Assembly (NCBI GenBank): GCA_013112575.1
Contig: JABFGG010000005.1
Span: forward strand, 149,497 to 213,496
Direction of reading: 5' to 3'
Length of the DNA stretch: 64,000 nt
Source: Chloroflexota bacterium
GTDB lineage: Bacteria > Chloroflexota > Anaerolineae > Anaerolineales > UBA11579
Shown here: piece after piece, positions 17,438-26,511 of the stretch
Layout: each line of letters begins with the position of its first letter
Numbering within the stretch: the stretch's first letter is position 1
Notes under the pieces: generated by a model
What the model saw: only the letters and a program-made list of their open reading frames with translations
Database searches by the model: none
Told to the model about the DNA's origin: nothing
Translations under genes and position numbers: made by a program

Positions 17438-17477
17438 CAACTATCCTAAGCGGCATTCCCGATCCAGGAAATATAAA

Positions 17478-18251
17478 ATGAACGCGACAAGCTATAAAGA
17501 CCTGCCAGTCTCGGTAGAAGACCTGACAGTTGCCTACCGCTACGAACCCGTGCTGTGGGACGTGGATGTGGATGTGCCGCAGGGCACTTTGATGGCTATC
17601 GTCGGGCCAAACGGGGCGGGCAAGTCCACCCTGATAAAAACGGTCCTGGGCCTGATCGAACCTGCCGCTGGGCGTGTATCGATTTACGGGGAGAGTTTCA
17701 AGGAACAAAGAAACCGTGTGGCTTACGTCCCCCAGCGCGGCTCTGTTGATTGGGATTTCCCCACCGACGCTCTGGATGTAGTCATGATGGGCCGCTACGG
17801 GCATCTGGGTTGGCTGCGCCACCCCGGTGCTGATACTCGCAAGTTAGCCATGGAAGCGCTAGAAAAAGTCGGCATGCAGAAGTATGCCAATCGCCAGATC
17901 AGCCAGCTTTCTGGGGGCCAGCAACAGCGTGTATTCCTGGCACGCGCCCTCATCCAGGATGCTGAGATCTACCTGATGGACGAGCCCTTTCAAGGTGTTG
18001 ACGCCACCACCGAGCGCGCCATCATCGAGGTATTACGCGCCTTGCAGGGCCGTGGCAGCACGGTGGTAGCCGTGCATCACGACCTGGAAACTGTGCCAGA
18101 ATACTTCGATCATGTCCTCTTGTTGAATGTACGTGCCATTGCCTGTGGCCCTGTTGAAGATGTTTTTACGCAGGAAAACCTGCGCAAGACTTATGGTGGT
18201 CGTACCGATATGCTGGCTGCCGCCACCAAGAACGTGAACGGCAACCCATAA
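17478..18251 (+). CDS. metal ABC transporter ATP-binding protein
   Basis: Walker [10 protein letters not shown], signature LSGGQQQR, Walker B IYLMDEP. Start set at ATG 17478 (MNATSYKDL). Confidence 0.85.
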   Translation: MNATSYKDLPVSVEDLTVAYRYEPVLWDVDVDVPQGTLMAIVGPNGAGKSTLIKTVLGLIEPAAGRVSIYGESFKEQRNRVAYVPQRGSVDWDFPTDALDVVMMGRYGHLGWLRHPGADTRKLAMEALEKVGMQKYANRQISQLSGGQQQRVFLARALIQDAEIYLMDEPFQGVDATTERAIIEVLRALQGRGSTVVAVHHDLETVPEYFDHVLLLNVRAIACGPVEDVFTQENLRKTYGGRTDMLAAATKNVNGNP

Positions 18252-18252
18252 A

Positions 18253-19416
18253 ATGGATCTGCTAAAACTGTTCAGTTTGTTATTCACGGATTACACAGTG
18301 CGGAACGTCGCGCTGGGTTCTGCCATTGTGGGTGCGGTCAGCGGCACGATCGGCAGTTTTGCCTTGTTGCGCAAGCAAAGCCTGATGGGTGATGCCATGA
18401 GCCACGCCGCCCTCCCTGGAATCGCGTTGGTCTTTATTATTACCGGCCTCAAAACTCCCGTTGCACTTTTCCTGGGCGCCTTTGGGGCCGCTTGGCTTGG
18501 TGCCATATTGATCATCGTGATCACACGTTATACACGCGTAAAAGAGGACAGCAGTTTGGGTATCGTGTTAGCGGTATTCTTTGGCTTTGGTCTAGTGCTA
18601 CTCAGTTGGATCCAACGCAACAGGGGAGCCAACCAGGCCGGGCTGGACAAATTCCTTTTTGGGCGCGCCGCTGCCATCGTTGAAGCTGATGTGATCGTCA
18701 TGGCCGTGATTGCCACCATCACTATAATTTTGGTAGCGCTCTTCTGGAAAGAATTTAAGCTACTGGCTTTTGATGTTGATTTTGCCGCTTCGTTAGGCTT
18801 TCCGGTAAGGGTACTGGACGTTTTGCTGACGACCCTGATCGTCATGGGTATTGTTGTTGGTCTACAAGTTGTCGGCGTGGTCCTAATGGCCGCGCTCATC
18901 GTGGCTCCAGCCGCGGCAGCTCGCCAATGGACTGACCGGCTAAGCACCATGGTGGTCATCTCAGCAGGATTTGGGGCCTTTTCCGGGGCAGTAGGCGCAC
19001 TCCTCAGCAGTTTAGCCCGGGGCTTGTCAACCGGCCCGATCATTGTCTTAACTGCCAGCGCGATCGCAATTTTTTCACTATTTTTCGCTCCCAACCGCGG
19101 TTTGATTTGGGACTGGCTAAGACAGCGCAGTAATCGAAACCGTCTGGCACAAGACAGGGTCATGGAAGCTCTCTACATCATGGCCAGCAATCATGGTGAC
19201 CCAACACACCCCCATGGCCTCGAAAACCTGGCAGCCGTCCTCCCCCATTACAACGTGAAAGCCACTTTGGAAAAATTGGGTGAGCGTGGCCTGGTCAGTA
19301 TGCGGGGAAAATACTGGTCCCTAACCGACCAGGGGGTGCAAATCGTTGAAGAATTACAAAATGACACCCATGCAGCTGGCGAGGGCAGCATGCTTGAAGG
19401 CAAGGCCAGCACATGA
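18253..19416 (+). CDS. metal ABC transporter permease (TroC-like) with ~90-aa C-terminal DtxR-N-like wHTH extension
   Basis: ABC-3 type polytopic core ending in FAPNRGL. Followed by RLAQDRVMEALYIMASNHGD...VKATLEKLGERGLVSMRGKYWSLTDQGVQIVEEL. Confidence 0.8.
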   Translation: MDLLKLFSLLFTDYTVRNVALGSAIVGAVSGTIGSFALLRKQSLMGDAMSHAALPGIALVFIITGLKTPVALFLGAFGAAWLGAILIIVITRYTRVKEDSSLGIVLAVFFGFGLVLLSWIQRNRGANQAGLDKFLFGRAAAIVEADVIVMAVIATITIILVALFWKEFKLLAFDVDFAASLGFPVRVLDVLLTTLIVMGIVVGLQVVGVVLMAALIVAPAAAARQWTDRLSTMVVISAGFGAFSGAVGALLSSLARGLSTGPIIVLTASAIAIFSLFFAPNRGLIWDWLRQRSNRNRLAQDRVMEALYIMASNHGDPTHPHGLENLAAVLPHYNVKATLEKLGERGLVSMRGKYWSLTDQGVQIVEELQNDTHAAGEGSMLEGKAST

Positions 19417-20519
19417 GTAATGCTTTCTGGATCCAATTAGTTGGTGCTATTGTGGCGATTGCTTGTGCACTGCCGGGTGTCTTCCTGGTCCTGAGGCGCT
19501 CGGCCATGATCAGTGATGCCATCAGCCATACAGTCTTGTTTGGCATCGTGGTCGGCTTTCTGGTCCTGGACGTAGATCCCACCAGCCCAATCCTGATATT
19601 GACAGCAGCACTCAGCGGCTTGTTGACCGTTTGGTTGATCGAGCTGTTACAGAATACTAAACGCCTGAATAGTGATGCCGCTATCGGCCTGGTCTTCCCC
19701 ATCCTTTTTAGCATCGCTGTGATCCTCATCAATACTCAGATCCGCAATGCCCACGTGGACGAGGATGCCGTACTGCTCGGCCACCTCATCTTCGCTCCTG
19801 TCAACCGCCTCGTCCTGCTTGGCATTAACCTGCCTGAAGGTGTGTGGGTCATGGGCGGCATCCTTCTCATCAATCTGACATTCTTAGTTTTGTTCTATAA
19901 AGAGCTGAAGATCACAACTTTTGACCCCGGCCTGGCAGCCGCATTGGGTATCTCCCCTGCCCTGGTGCATTACAGCCTAATGGGTATGGTATCTGTGACT
20001 GCTGTGGGTGCTTTCGACCACGTTGGCGCCATTCTGGTTGTGGCTCTCATGGTGGCACCCCCTGCCACTGCTTACTTGCTAACCAACAAATTGGAAAGGA
20101 TGTTAGTACTCAGTGCCCTGTTTGGCGCGGCTTCTGCCGTGGCCGGTTACTGGGTTTCCAACATTTTTAGTGTCAATGTAGCCGGAGCCATGGCCAGTAT
20201 GACAGGCGTGTTTTTCATACTGGTGCTGGTATTTGCCCCAGAACGTGGCTTGCTGGCCCAACGCCTGGAAACAGCTGAACGCCGTAAGCGCTTTGCGGTC
20301 GAGATGCTCGTGGTGCATCTCATGGCGCACGAGGGCCAGCCAGACGAGTTGGAGGAAAGTTCTATCTCACATTTATCCGAACAATTGCGCTGGCAACCCG
20401 AGTTTGCGCAACAGGTTGTCAGACGCGCCAACCGTGGTAATTACATAAACCGGCAAAATGGGCATCTGGAACTCACGGATAATGGCCGCCAACTGGCCCA
20501 GGATGCCATGCGACGCTAA
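19413..20519 (+). CDS. metal ABC transporter permease (TroD-like) with ~85-aa C-terminal DtxR-N-like wHTH extension
   Basis: ATGA overlap with the previous gene. Core ends in FAPERGL. Followed by RKRFAVEMLVVHLMAHEGQ...ISHLSEQLRWQPEFAQQVVRRANRGNYINRQNGHLELTDNGRQLAQDAM. Confidence 0.8.
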   Translation: MSNAFWIQLVGAIVAIACALPGVFLVLRRSAMISDAISHTVLFGIVVGFLVLDVDPTSPILILTAALSGLLTVWLIELLQNTKRLNSDAAIGLVFPILFSIAVILINTQIRNAHVDEDAVLLGHLIFAPVNRLVLLGINLPEGVWVMGGILLINLTFLVLFYKELKITTFDPGLAAALGISPALVHYSLMGMVSVTAVGAFDHVGAILVVALMVAPPATAYLLTNKLERMLVLSALFGAASAVAGYWVSNIFSVNVAGAMASMTGVFFILVLVFAPERGLLAQRLETAERRKRFAVEMLVVHLMAHEGQPDELEESSISHLSEQLRWQPEFAQQVVRRANRGNYINRQNGHLELTDNGRQLAQDAMRR

Positions 20520-20530
20520 ACGTAGCCAAT

Positions 20531-20564
20531 AAAAAAGACCTCTCGGTTGAGAGGTCTTTTTGTT
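20531..20564. terminator. bidirectional intrinsic terminator between convergent genes
   Basis: AAAAAAGACCTCTC-GGTT-GAGAGGTCTTTTTGTT; A-run and T-run flank a 9-bp stem. Confidence 0.8.
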
Positions 20565-20578
20565 GAAGACTAAACCTA

Positions 20579-20818
20579 CTAACTGCGCACCATGCGCGCC
20601 ACCCACAACAAGACAACAGCGCCGATCACAGCGGTAATGAGTGAGCCGAGCAGGCCTGAAGATGTAAAGCCCACCAAATCTAGCAGCACACCACCGATGA
20701 CCGCACCGATCACACCCACAACAAGATTGCCTAACAGACCAAAGCCGGAGCCTTTCATGATCTGCCCGGCCAGCCATCCGGCTACGATACCAATCAATAC
20801 ATAAAACAAGATGTTCAA
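20579..20818 (-). CDS. GlsB/YeaQ/YmgE (transglycosylase-associated) family small membrane protein
   Basis: MNILFYVLIGIVAGWLAGQIMKGSGFGLLGNLVVGVIGAVIGG is a canonical family pattern. Confidence 0.8.
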   Translation of the reverse strand: MNILFYVLIGIVAGWLAGQIMKGSGFGLLGNLVVGVIGAVIGGVLLDLVGFTSSGLLGSLITAVIGAVVLLWVARMVRS

Positions 20819-20955
20819 AGCTTCCTCCTCAAGTACTTAAAACGGTTTTTCAAGCTTGCATTTTTTATAGGCTTTCCTTGCAAAGCTCTTAATACAGAAT
20901 CATAACATTGATATTATCCTATAGTCACATTACATTCACATCGAAAAAGGATGCT

Positions 20956-21138
20956 ATGGACCCTACAAAGAAAAGCGGATTTTCATACCGTTTCCGGGTA
21001 GACAACCAAAATGAACAGGTGGACGTGACCATCGTACAGAATGAGGACAATCAAATCGTCAAAGTCGTCACTGCCCAGGAATTTACACGCAAAGACACTT
21101 CGGAACTCACTAGCGAAACTGGGGAACTACATTCATAA
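20956..21138 (+). CDS. small hypothetical protein with FlaG-like core
   Basis: 60 aa from ATG 20956 (AAGGA RBS). FSYRFRVDNQNEQVDVTIVQNEDNQIVKVVTAQEF shares RFRVD and the V-x-V...V..V..E pattern with the FlaG encoded at 62987-63268. Confidence 0.4.
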   Translation: MDPTKKSGFSYRFRVDNQNEQVDVTIVQNEDNQIVKVVTAQEFTRKDTSELTSETGELHS

Positions 21139-21142
21139 CAAC

Positions 21143-21736
21143 TTAACTTTTCAGCATCGACCTGGCATGTTCCAGGTCTTCGGGCGTATTGATGTTAAAG
21201 AATGACCGTCCCTGGGGGTCAATGCTCTCTATTTCCGGCTGATCCACAAAGCGGATATCGACCTCATCAAAGAATGAAATCACACGGCGTTGACCGGACT
21301 TAATAGCGCCTTCAATCGGTTTTAAACAGGACTTTTTATACACGGCTCGAAAGGGTTCCGCGAATTCTTTCGGCTCCAGGCGTGGAATGACCGCATCGTA
21401 GTCGGGGGCTAATGAGATTAAATGTTCGACCAAAGGGCGACTCACGAAAGGCATATCGCAAGCTAATAAAAGACAGTACTCGAATTTGGCATGATAGATG
21501 GCTGAATACAAGCCGCCCAAAGCCCCGATATCTGGATAGACATCGGGGTAAACGGGCAAGCCGAATTGTTGATAAGCTTCAGGCTGATTGCTGATGATGA
21601 TGGTTTCAGCCCCCAATCCATCCACCTGCTCCAAGATGAACTGGGCTAAAGATACACCGCCAAAGTCCAGCAAGCCTTTGTCCTGGCCCATACGTGAAGA
21701 TTTGCCCCCAGCCTGTAAAACAATACTCAATTCCAT
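21143..21736 (-). CDS. mobA: molybdenum cofactor guanylyltransferase
   Basis: MELSIVLQAGGKSSRMGQDKGLL is a canonical MobA N-terminus. Start set at ATG 21736 rather than the longer ORF. Confidence 0.8.
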   Translation of the reverse strand: MELSIVLQAGGKSSRMGQDKGLLDFGGVSLAQFILEQVDGLGAETIIISNQPEAYQQFGLPVYPDVYPDIGALGGLYSAIYHAKFEYCLLLACDMPFVSRPLVEHLISLAPDYDAVIPRLEPKEFAEPFRAVYKKSCLKPIEGAIKSGQRRVISFFDEVDIRFVDQPEIESIDPQGRSFFNINTPEDLEHARSMLKS

Positions 21737-21758
21737 ACCGCGATTATAGCGGATGGAA

Positions 21759-22625
21759 TTATGGATTGCGGGGTGTGCGCAAGAAGAGGAACCAGTAAAC
21801 ACCGCCTACAAACAGCGTGCCGCCGATAATGTTGCCGATCGTAACTGGTACCAGGTTTGTGATGAAGAAATTCATCCAGGTGAGATCAGGATAGTCTGCT
21901 GCGGTCTTGCCGATCGATGCCCAAAACTCCGGTGAAGCACCTGATTTTATTAATAAACCGACAGGGATGAAGTACATGTTGGCGACACTGTGTTCAAAGC
22001 CGGCAGCTACAAAGGCAGCAATGGGCGGGATGATTGCCATGATCTTGTCTGTTGTAGTGCGAGCACTGAAGGTCAGCCAGACGGCCAGACATACTAGTGC
22101 ATTACACAGGATGCCCAATACCAACGCTTCTACAAAACCCAATCCGGCTTTTGCATTAGCCGTGGCCAGGGCAGAAGCACCCACTGCGCCACCCCCGTTC
22201 TGATACTGCCCACTCAAAAACAACAGTCCGGCAGTTAAGATGGAACCGACAAAATTGCCCAAATAAACCACGATCCAATTGCGCAGCAGGCGGCCAGTTG
22301 TGATCTTTTGATTGGCCCAGGCCATCACGATCAGGTTATTGCCGGTAAATAGTTCTGCCCCGCCCACGATCACCAGGATAAGGCCCAATGAAAACACGAT
22401 TCCAACCAATAAACGTGTAAGACCATACGGCATGATACCGCCAGAACCGGCAGCCACCGTGGTGGCAAAGATAGCTCCTAAGCCAATAAATGAGCCGGCC
22501 AGTACGGCCAGCAGGAACATACGCCTTTTCCCAAGCCTGGCTTTGCTGACACCAACAGCTTCCGCTTTGGCGGCCATTTCCGCGGGGATTAGGGCATCCA
22601 GGGAGAGATTATTGTTTGTGGCCAT
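21759..22625 (-). CDS. formate/nitrite transporter (FNT) family channel
   Basis: FNT-like six-TM protein (LAGSFIGLGAIFA..., ELFTGNN, FEHSVANMY). Start set at ATG 22625 (MATNNNLSL). Confidence 0.85.
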   Translation of the reverse strand: MATNNNLSLDALIPAEMAAKAEAVGVSKARLGKRRMFLLAVLAGSFIGLGAIFATTVAAGSGGIMPYGLTRLLVGIVFSLGLILVIVGGAELFTGNNLIVMAWANQKITTGRLLRNWIVVYLGNFVGSILTAGLLFLSGQYQNGGGAVGASALATANAKAGLGFVEALVLGILCNALVCLAVWLTFSARTTTDKIMAIIPPIAAFVAAGFEHSVANMYFIPVGLLIKSGASPEFWASIGKTAADYPDLTWMNFFITNLVPVTIGNIIGGTLFVGGVYWFLFLRTPRNP

Positions 22626-22724
22626 GATTACACTCCTAAATAGGACAATGTTACTCCATATCGGCCTGATTATCTCATGTTTGTGATTTTTTTCACGTGT
22701 CAAACGCCCCTCTAGTTGTATGAC

Positions 22725-22751
22725 AAATGCCCCCATTATTTGGGGGCATTT
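22725..22751 (-). terminator. strong hairpin 33 nt downstream of the lipoprotein gene
   Basis: AAATGCCCCCA-TTATT-TGGGGGCATTT, a perfect 11-bp stem. The U-tract is short (part of the stem). Confidence 0.5.
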
Positions 22752-22783
22752 TGGAATTATGGAAATGATTGTTGTTTAGTTAT

Positions 22784-23686
22784 TTAGGGTTCCAGCAACC
22801 AATAAGCAAAGTTGTCAAACTGCACGGTAAAGCTCTCCGTAGGGCCGGTGCCGATAGACATACCCACATAGTTCTTGCCGTTGTAGCGGTCGCTAAACTT
22901 ATGATCGATCTCTTCCCCATTGACATACATCGTAATGTAATCATCTACGGATTTAACGGCGATGACATTGAGTTGACCGCCACCTTTTTCTATGGCGGAA
23001 TGTGCTTTCCAATTCACAATCGTGGTTGCCGAAGCTCCGTTCCAGATCCACAAACGATAACGACCATCACAGGAAAGCTCAAAGATGTGTCCGGCAGAGG
23101 TTTCGGGACCGCGGAAGTACAAACCGTATCGGTCAAGCCCCTCACAGGTCTCCGGTGTTACGGCGATGACTTCGAGATAATAGTCACGGATCTCAGGCCA
23201 GGAATGCACCCAGCGGGTACCGTTCTCGGCTTTTTTAGCAGTCAGTTGGAACTTGCCATCGGCAACCTGAGCGATGACGTCGCCATCATTTCGGGCGTTC
23301 CAATTGTCATAGCCGGTAAAGAAGTCCAACAGATCAGGGTCGCCAAAATCCTCACGGGGATCAAAGGCATCCAACTGCACTTCCGGGCCGAGGGTCTGTG
23401 TGATCGTGGGCGTCAGCGTTGGTGTCAGTGTGTCTGTTGGCAGGATAATGGGTGTATCCGTTACAGCGACAAGCGTCTCAGTCGCCGTGACTGTAGGGCT
23501 GGGCACTGGCGTAGACGTATTCTCAAGCGTCGCGGTTGGCTCGTCGGCTTGCGCTGCTTCCACAGGCTCAATAACACCGGCATCCCCATCGCCAGAACCC
23601 TGGGGCAGAATTGAAGACAGGCTGAATTGACAACTGGAAAGCAGCCCAGTCAAAAGTATGATGAAAATGGTTTTTTGCAGGTTCAT
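22784..23686 (-). CDS. secreted lipoprotein with Thr/Pro-rich linker and C-terminal LamG/concanavalin-like jelly-roll domain
   Basis: MNLQKTIFIILLTGLLSSCQ lipobox. ATG 23686 has a GAGGAG RBS. The C-terminal beta-rich domain ends in FDNFAYWLL. Confidence 0.6.
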   Translation of the reverse strand: MNLQKTIFIILLTGLLSSCQFSLSSILPQGSGDGDAGVIEPVEAAQADEPTATLENTSTPVPSPTVTATETLVAVTDTPIILPTDTLTPTLTPTITQTLGPEVQLDAFDPREDFGDPDLLDFFTGYDNWNARNDGDVIAQVADGKFQLTAKKAENGTRWVHSWPEIRDYYLEVIAVTPETCEGLDRYGLYFRGPETSAGHIFELSCDGRYRLWIWNGASATTIVNWKAHSAIEKGGGQLNVIAVKSVDDYITMYVNGEEIDHKFSDRYNGKNYVGMSIGTGPTESFTVQFDNFAYWLLEP

Positions 23687-23770
23687 GCCATCTCCTCGTA
23701 GCATTACCACTGCTTCTATTGTACAGGATTTGTGCCAGCAACACGCCTCTGGATAATAGCAATCACTAGA

Positions 23771-24937
23771 TCACATTCTGGCAGGATCGAATCCCTTCGT
23801 GAACTCCAATACAAGCTCTGCAACCCTCTGCAAAGTAGCACGCTCTACCAGATTGTTGCGGTCATAAATAGTATGGTAGGCACGCTCAGCACGTAGCCTC
23901 CCGCTGGTCTGGATAGATGTGGCAGGGATGCCATTTTGCAAAAAGGGGAAATGGTCCCCACTGCGATCCGTGTACCATAAAGGGCTGGCATCGGGGGCCA
24001 GCCGGAACAGTTGGGTATTCAGCGAATTGTCCGTCCTGATCGGAAAGATGGAACCGTCCTTCGTGACTATGCGCAAGGATGCACCTGCCCCCACCATATC
24101 GAGACACAATACATGAGCTTGAACATCCGCTCGAACAAGTTCCTGTGCCATTGCCAAAGCCCCATGCATGCCGGTTTCTTCTGCCCCCGTAAATAAAAAG
24201 CGAAGACGGTAGCCTTTGCTTGCCGGAAGATTCGAGAAGTGTTCTGCCAGAGCTAAAAGCACGCCCACCCCTGAAGCATTGTCGATCGCGCCGGGAGAAT
24301 AGCGATTTCTATGGAATAACTGATTGTTGCTCTCTGAAATAAACATCCACAGCCCAGCAAGAGTTGCTAAAAACCCAGCCAGCCAGAAGATCACGGTAGG
24401 CACAATGAGACCAGCCAGTTGAAAAACTGCGAGAATTGCCAGCAGGATGGCGGCCCGCTGGAACAGAAAAAGCTTATAGCCTTGCAGCCACAACAGGCTG
24501 CGGTTCTGAAATGCGAAAGCTCGCGCACTGTCCACATGGGCGCACAGGATCAGTTGGGGTAGGGTTGCTTCCCCACGCGAGGCGATCAAATTCTGGCTCG
24601 TACAGGTATGTGGTCGACGTTGAAAAAAGTACCGGGCCGCCTGGGGTAAAAGGCCGCCCAAAACAGGCAAGAGGAGCGCCAGCCAGGGAATAGCTGGAAC
24701 CACCCACCCCGCTCCAACGAGCAGCAAACCGGCAAGGGGATATATTGGTGCAAAGCGCGGCAGAGGAGCAAAAGGGACGGGTTGCCACTCTATCTCATAT
24801 CCCCATCCATCCAAATGCCCGGCAATGTAATCCTGAGCCTGGCGCTCCGATGTACTCCCGGCAGGTCTTGGCCCGATTGTCTCTGTAATATGCTTAATAT
24901 GTTGGCGGGCGCGTGAGCCCAGTTCGCCAGGCTTCAT
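23771..24937 (-). CDS. M28 family metallopeptidase with membrane-helix insertions
   Basis: Catalytic motifs CAHVDS, DNASGVGVLLALAEHF, FTGAEETGMHGA, LDMVG and YHTIYD. Two hydrophobic blocks are inserted, one before the HxD motif and one after it. Confidence 0.75.
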   Translation of the reverse strand: MKPGELGSRARQHIKHITETIGPRPAGSTSERQAQDYIAGHLDGWGYEIEWQPVPFAPLPRFAPIYPLAGLLLVGAGWVVPAIPWLALLLPVLGGLLPQAARYFFQRRPHTCTSQNLIASRGEATLPQLILCAHVDSARAFAFQNRSLLWLQGYKLFLFQRAAILLAILAVFQLAGLIVPTVIFWLAGFLATLAGLWMFISESNNQLFHRNRYSPGAIDNASGVGVLLALAEHFSNLPASKGYRLRFLFTGAEETGMHGALAMAQELVRADVQAHVLCLDMVGAGASLRIVTKDGSIFPIRTDNSLNTQLFRLAPDASPLWYTDRSGDHFPFLQNGIPATSIQTSGRLRAERAYHTIYDRNNLVERATLQRVAELVLEFTKGFDPARM

Positions 24938-25749
24938 GATGCTTTTACAGAGACCAGCACATAACGGGGCAAGTCATATAAGAAGAAAGGGGATTCGTGT
25001 TTGAAAGAAATTGGCGGGCTACTAGTAATAGCCCCTAACATCTCACGTTGCGCTTCGTGTTCTTTCAGGCCCTGATTAACGATCAGCAACACTCCACCGG
25101 GTTTTAAGCTATCCCAGGCATCAGAAAGCATTTGCCGGGGAGCAAACATCTTGGCGGGTAAACCCCAGCGAAGATGATCGGGCTGAAAAACAAAAGGGAA
25201 GAACATTGTAATCAGGTCGTATGCTTCGGGTTTTCTTTGAAAACCCTGGGGGATATAGTGTGTGCCAGGTAAGTCGCCAATGTGAGCCAGGGCATGGTCA
25301 TAGCGCGACCTCAGATCGGAATATACACGATAGGGATCAACTTCAAAACCCGCTAAATTTACACTGCGGACATTATCCCCACCCTGCCATGTCAGGAAAT
25401 TGTAGAAAGCCTGAACGTAGAACCAATGCGAAACACCGATGTCGGCGACATTGGGAGACATTGGCAAATTTAAACTGGCTTCTTCCCAGCATCGGGCTAA
25501 TAGCTCAAGATAATAGAGGTTCTCGCGATAATTTTGCCGCGTGCTTGAGCGGTGTAGTTTCTGTAATCGATAATGATCGCGTAATTCAATTTCCCGCTTT
25601 TCCACGGCCTCCCGTTCAGTCAGGGGCAAATCGGCAAAAAGGTCTTCTTTTGATTCGTTTTTTATGCTGTGGAGGGGGCGTCTCCAACGGATGCCCTGCC
25701 GCAAAGGGAAATCAATGAAGTTGCGCAGCGACAGCAACGGTTGGATCAT
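24934..25749 (-). CDS. hypothetical protein, possibly a degenerate Rossmann methyltransferase-like fold
   Basis: ORF 24934..25761. ATG 25749 lies 12 nt after GAGGAG. Weak motif resemblance (VADIGVSHW, YDLITMFFPF, LKPGGVLLIVN). ATGA overlap with the M28 gene. Confidence 0.45.
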   Translation of the reverse strand: MIQPLLSLRNFIDFPLRQGIRWRRPLHSIKNESKEDLFADLPLTEREAVEKREIELRDHYRLQKLHRSSTRQNYRENLYYLELLARCWEEASLNLPMSPNVADIGVSHWFYVQAFYNFLTWQGGDNVRSVNLAGFEVDPYRVYSDLRSRYDHALAHIGDLPGTHYIPQGFQRKPEAYDLITMFFPFVFQPDHLRWGLPAKMFAPRQMLSDAWDSLKPGGVLLIVNQGLKEHEAQREMLGAITSSPPISFKHESPFFLYDLPRYVLVSVKAS

Positions 25750-25757
25750 TAGACCAC

Positions 25758-26483
25758 TCACTCCTCACGAGTAGACAGAGTGGCCATTAAGCTATGGTTT
25801 GTACGTAATTCGCGGATGAGTTCCGTTTGGCGTTGAGCTACGTATTGTCGGAGGACCGTGCGCGCCGCCTCGTCTGGTTCCAGGTAAACTCCAATTCGAT
25901 AAAGCCTGTTCATCAGATTTAGTTTCTTATTTACAATACGCCCAGATAACTGTAGCTTTTGGGTCTTTTGGCCGCCGTTCGTCGGTAGGTCCACATCAAC
26001 GATCACATTGCCTTTTTTCCGAAAAAGTCCCGGGACGAACAACTCATAAACCACGAACAATGACAGGCCGCCTATGGAGAGATCGATCAGATCTGCCTGA
26101 ATCGAATTAGGGTTGTTCTGGATCCGCAAGTCAACCTGTATCGGGTCAGGGGGCTGTACCCGGATGTACTGGCGCCGGGCAATAGCAGCACCGGAAGCAA
26201 CAACGGGACCCAGGGCAGCCTGGCCGCTGGCATAATCAACCTGCAATACCTGGGCACTGTACGTTTCCGGGAAATGTTCACTACGAATAAAGGTAGTCTT
26301 GTCCGTATCCAAACAAACGATTTGATACTTACTGGTACTGACCTGAATAGCATCGCCGCGCACAGCTGTAATTGTGGCCGGGAAGGCGATCGGCACCCCC
26401 TTATATTCGTTCATTAACTGCACGGCATCGTGCACACCCAGTAATTCGGAGTAATTTGTGGCGGTGGCTTGAGCGATGGTCAT
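25758..26483 (-). CDS. PilZ domain c-di-GMP receptor with N-terminal YcgR-N-like domain
   Basis: RRQYIR (RRxxxR) and DLSIGG (D/NxSxxG) motifs in the correct order and spacing. Confidence 0.8.
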   Translation of the reverse strand: MTIAQATATNYSELLGVHDAVQLMNEYKGVPIAFPATITAVRGDAIQVSTSKYQIVCLDTDKTTFIRSEHFPETYSAQVLQVDYASGQAALGPVVASGAAIARRQYIRVQPPDPIQVDLRIQNNPNSIQADLIDLSIGGLSLFVVYELFVPGLFRKKGNVIVDVDLPTNGGQKTQKLQLSGRIVNKKLNLMNRLYRIGVYLEPDEAARTVLRQYVAQRQTELIRELRTNHSLMATLSTREE

Positions 26484-26511
26484 GTTGAATGGTTGTATCT
26501 TCGAATAACAG

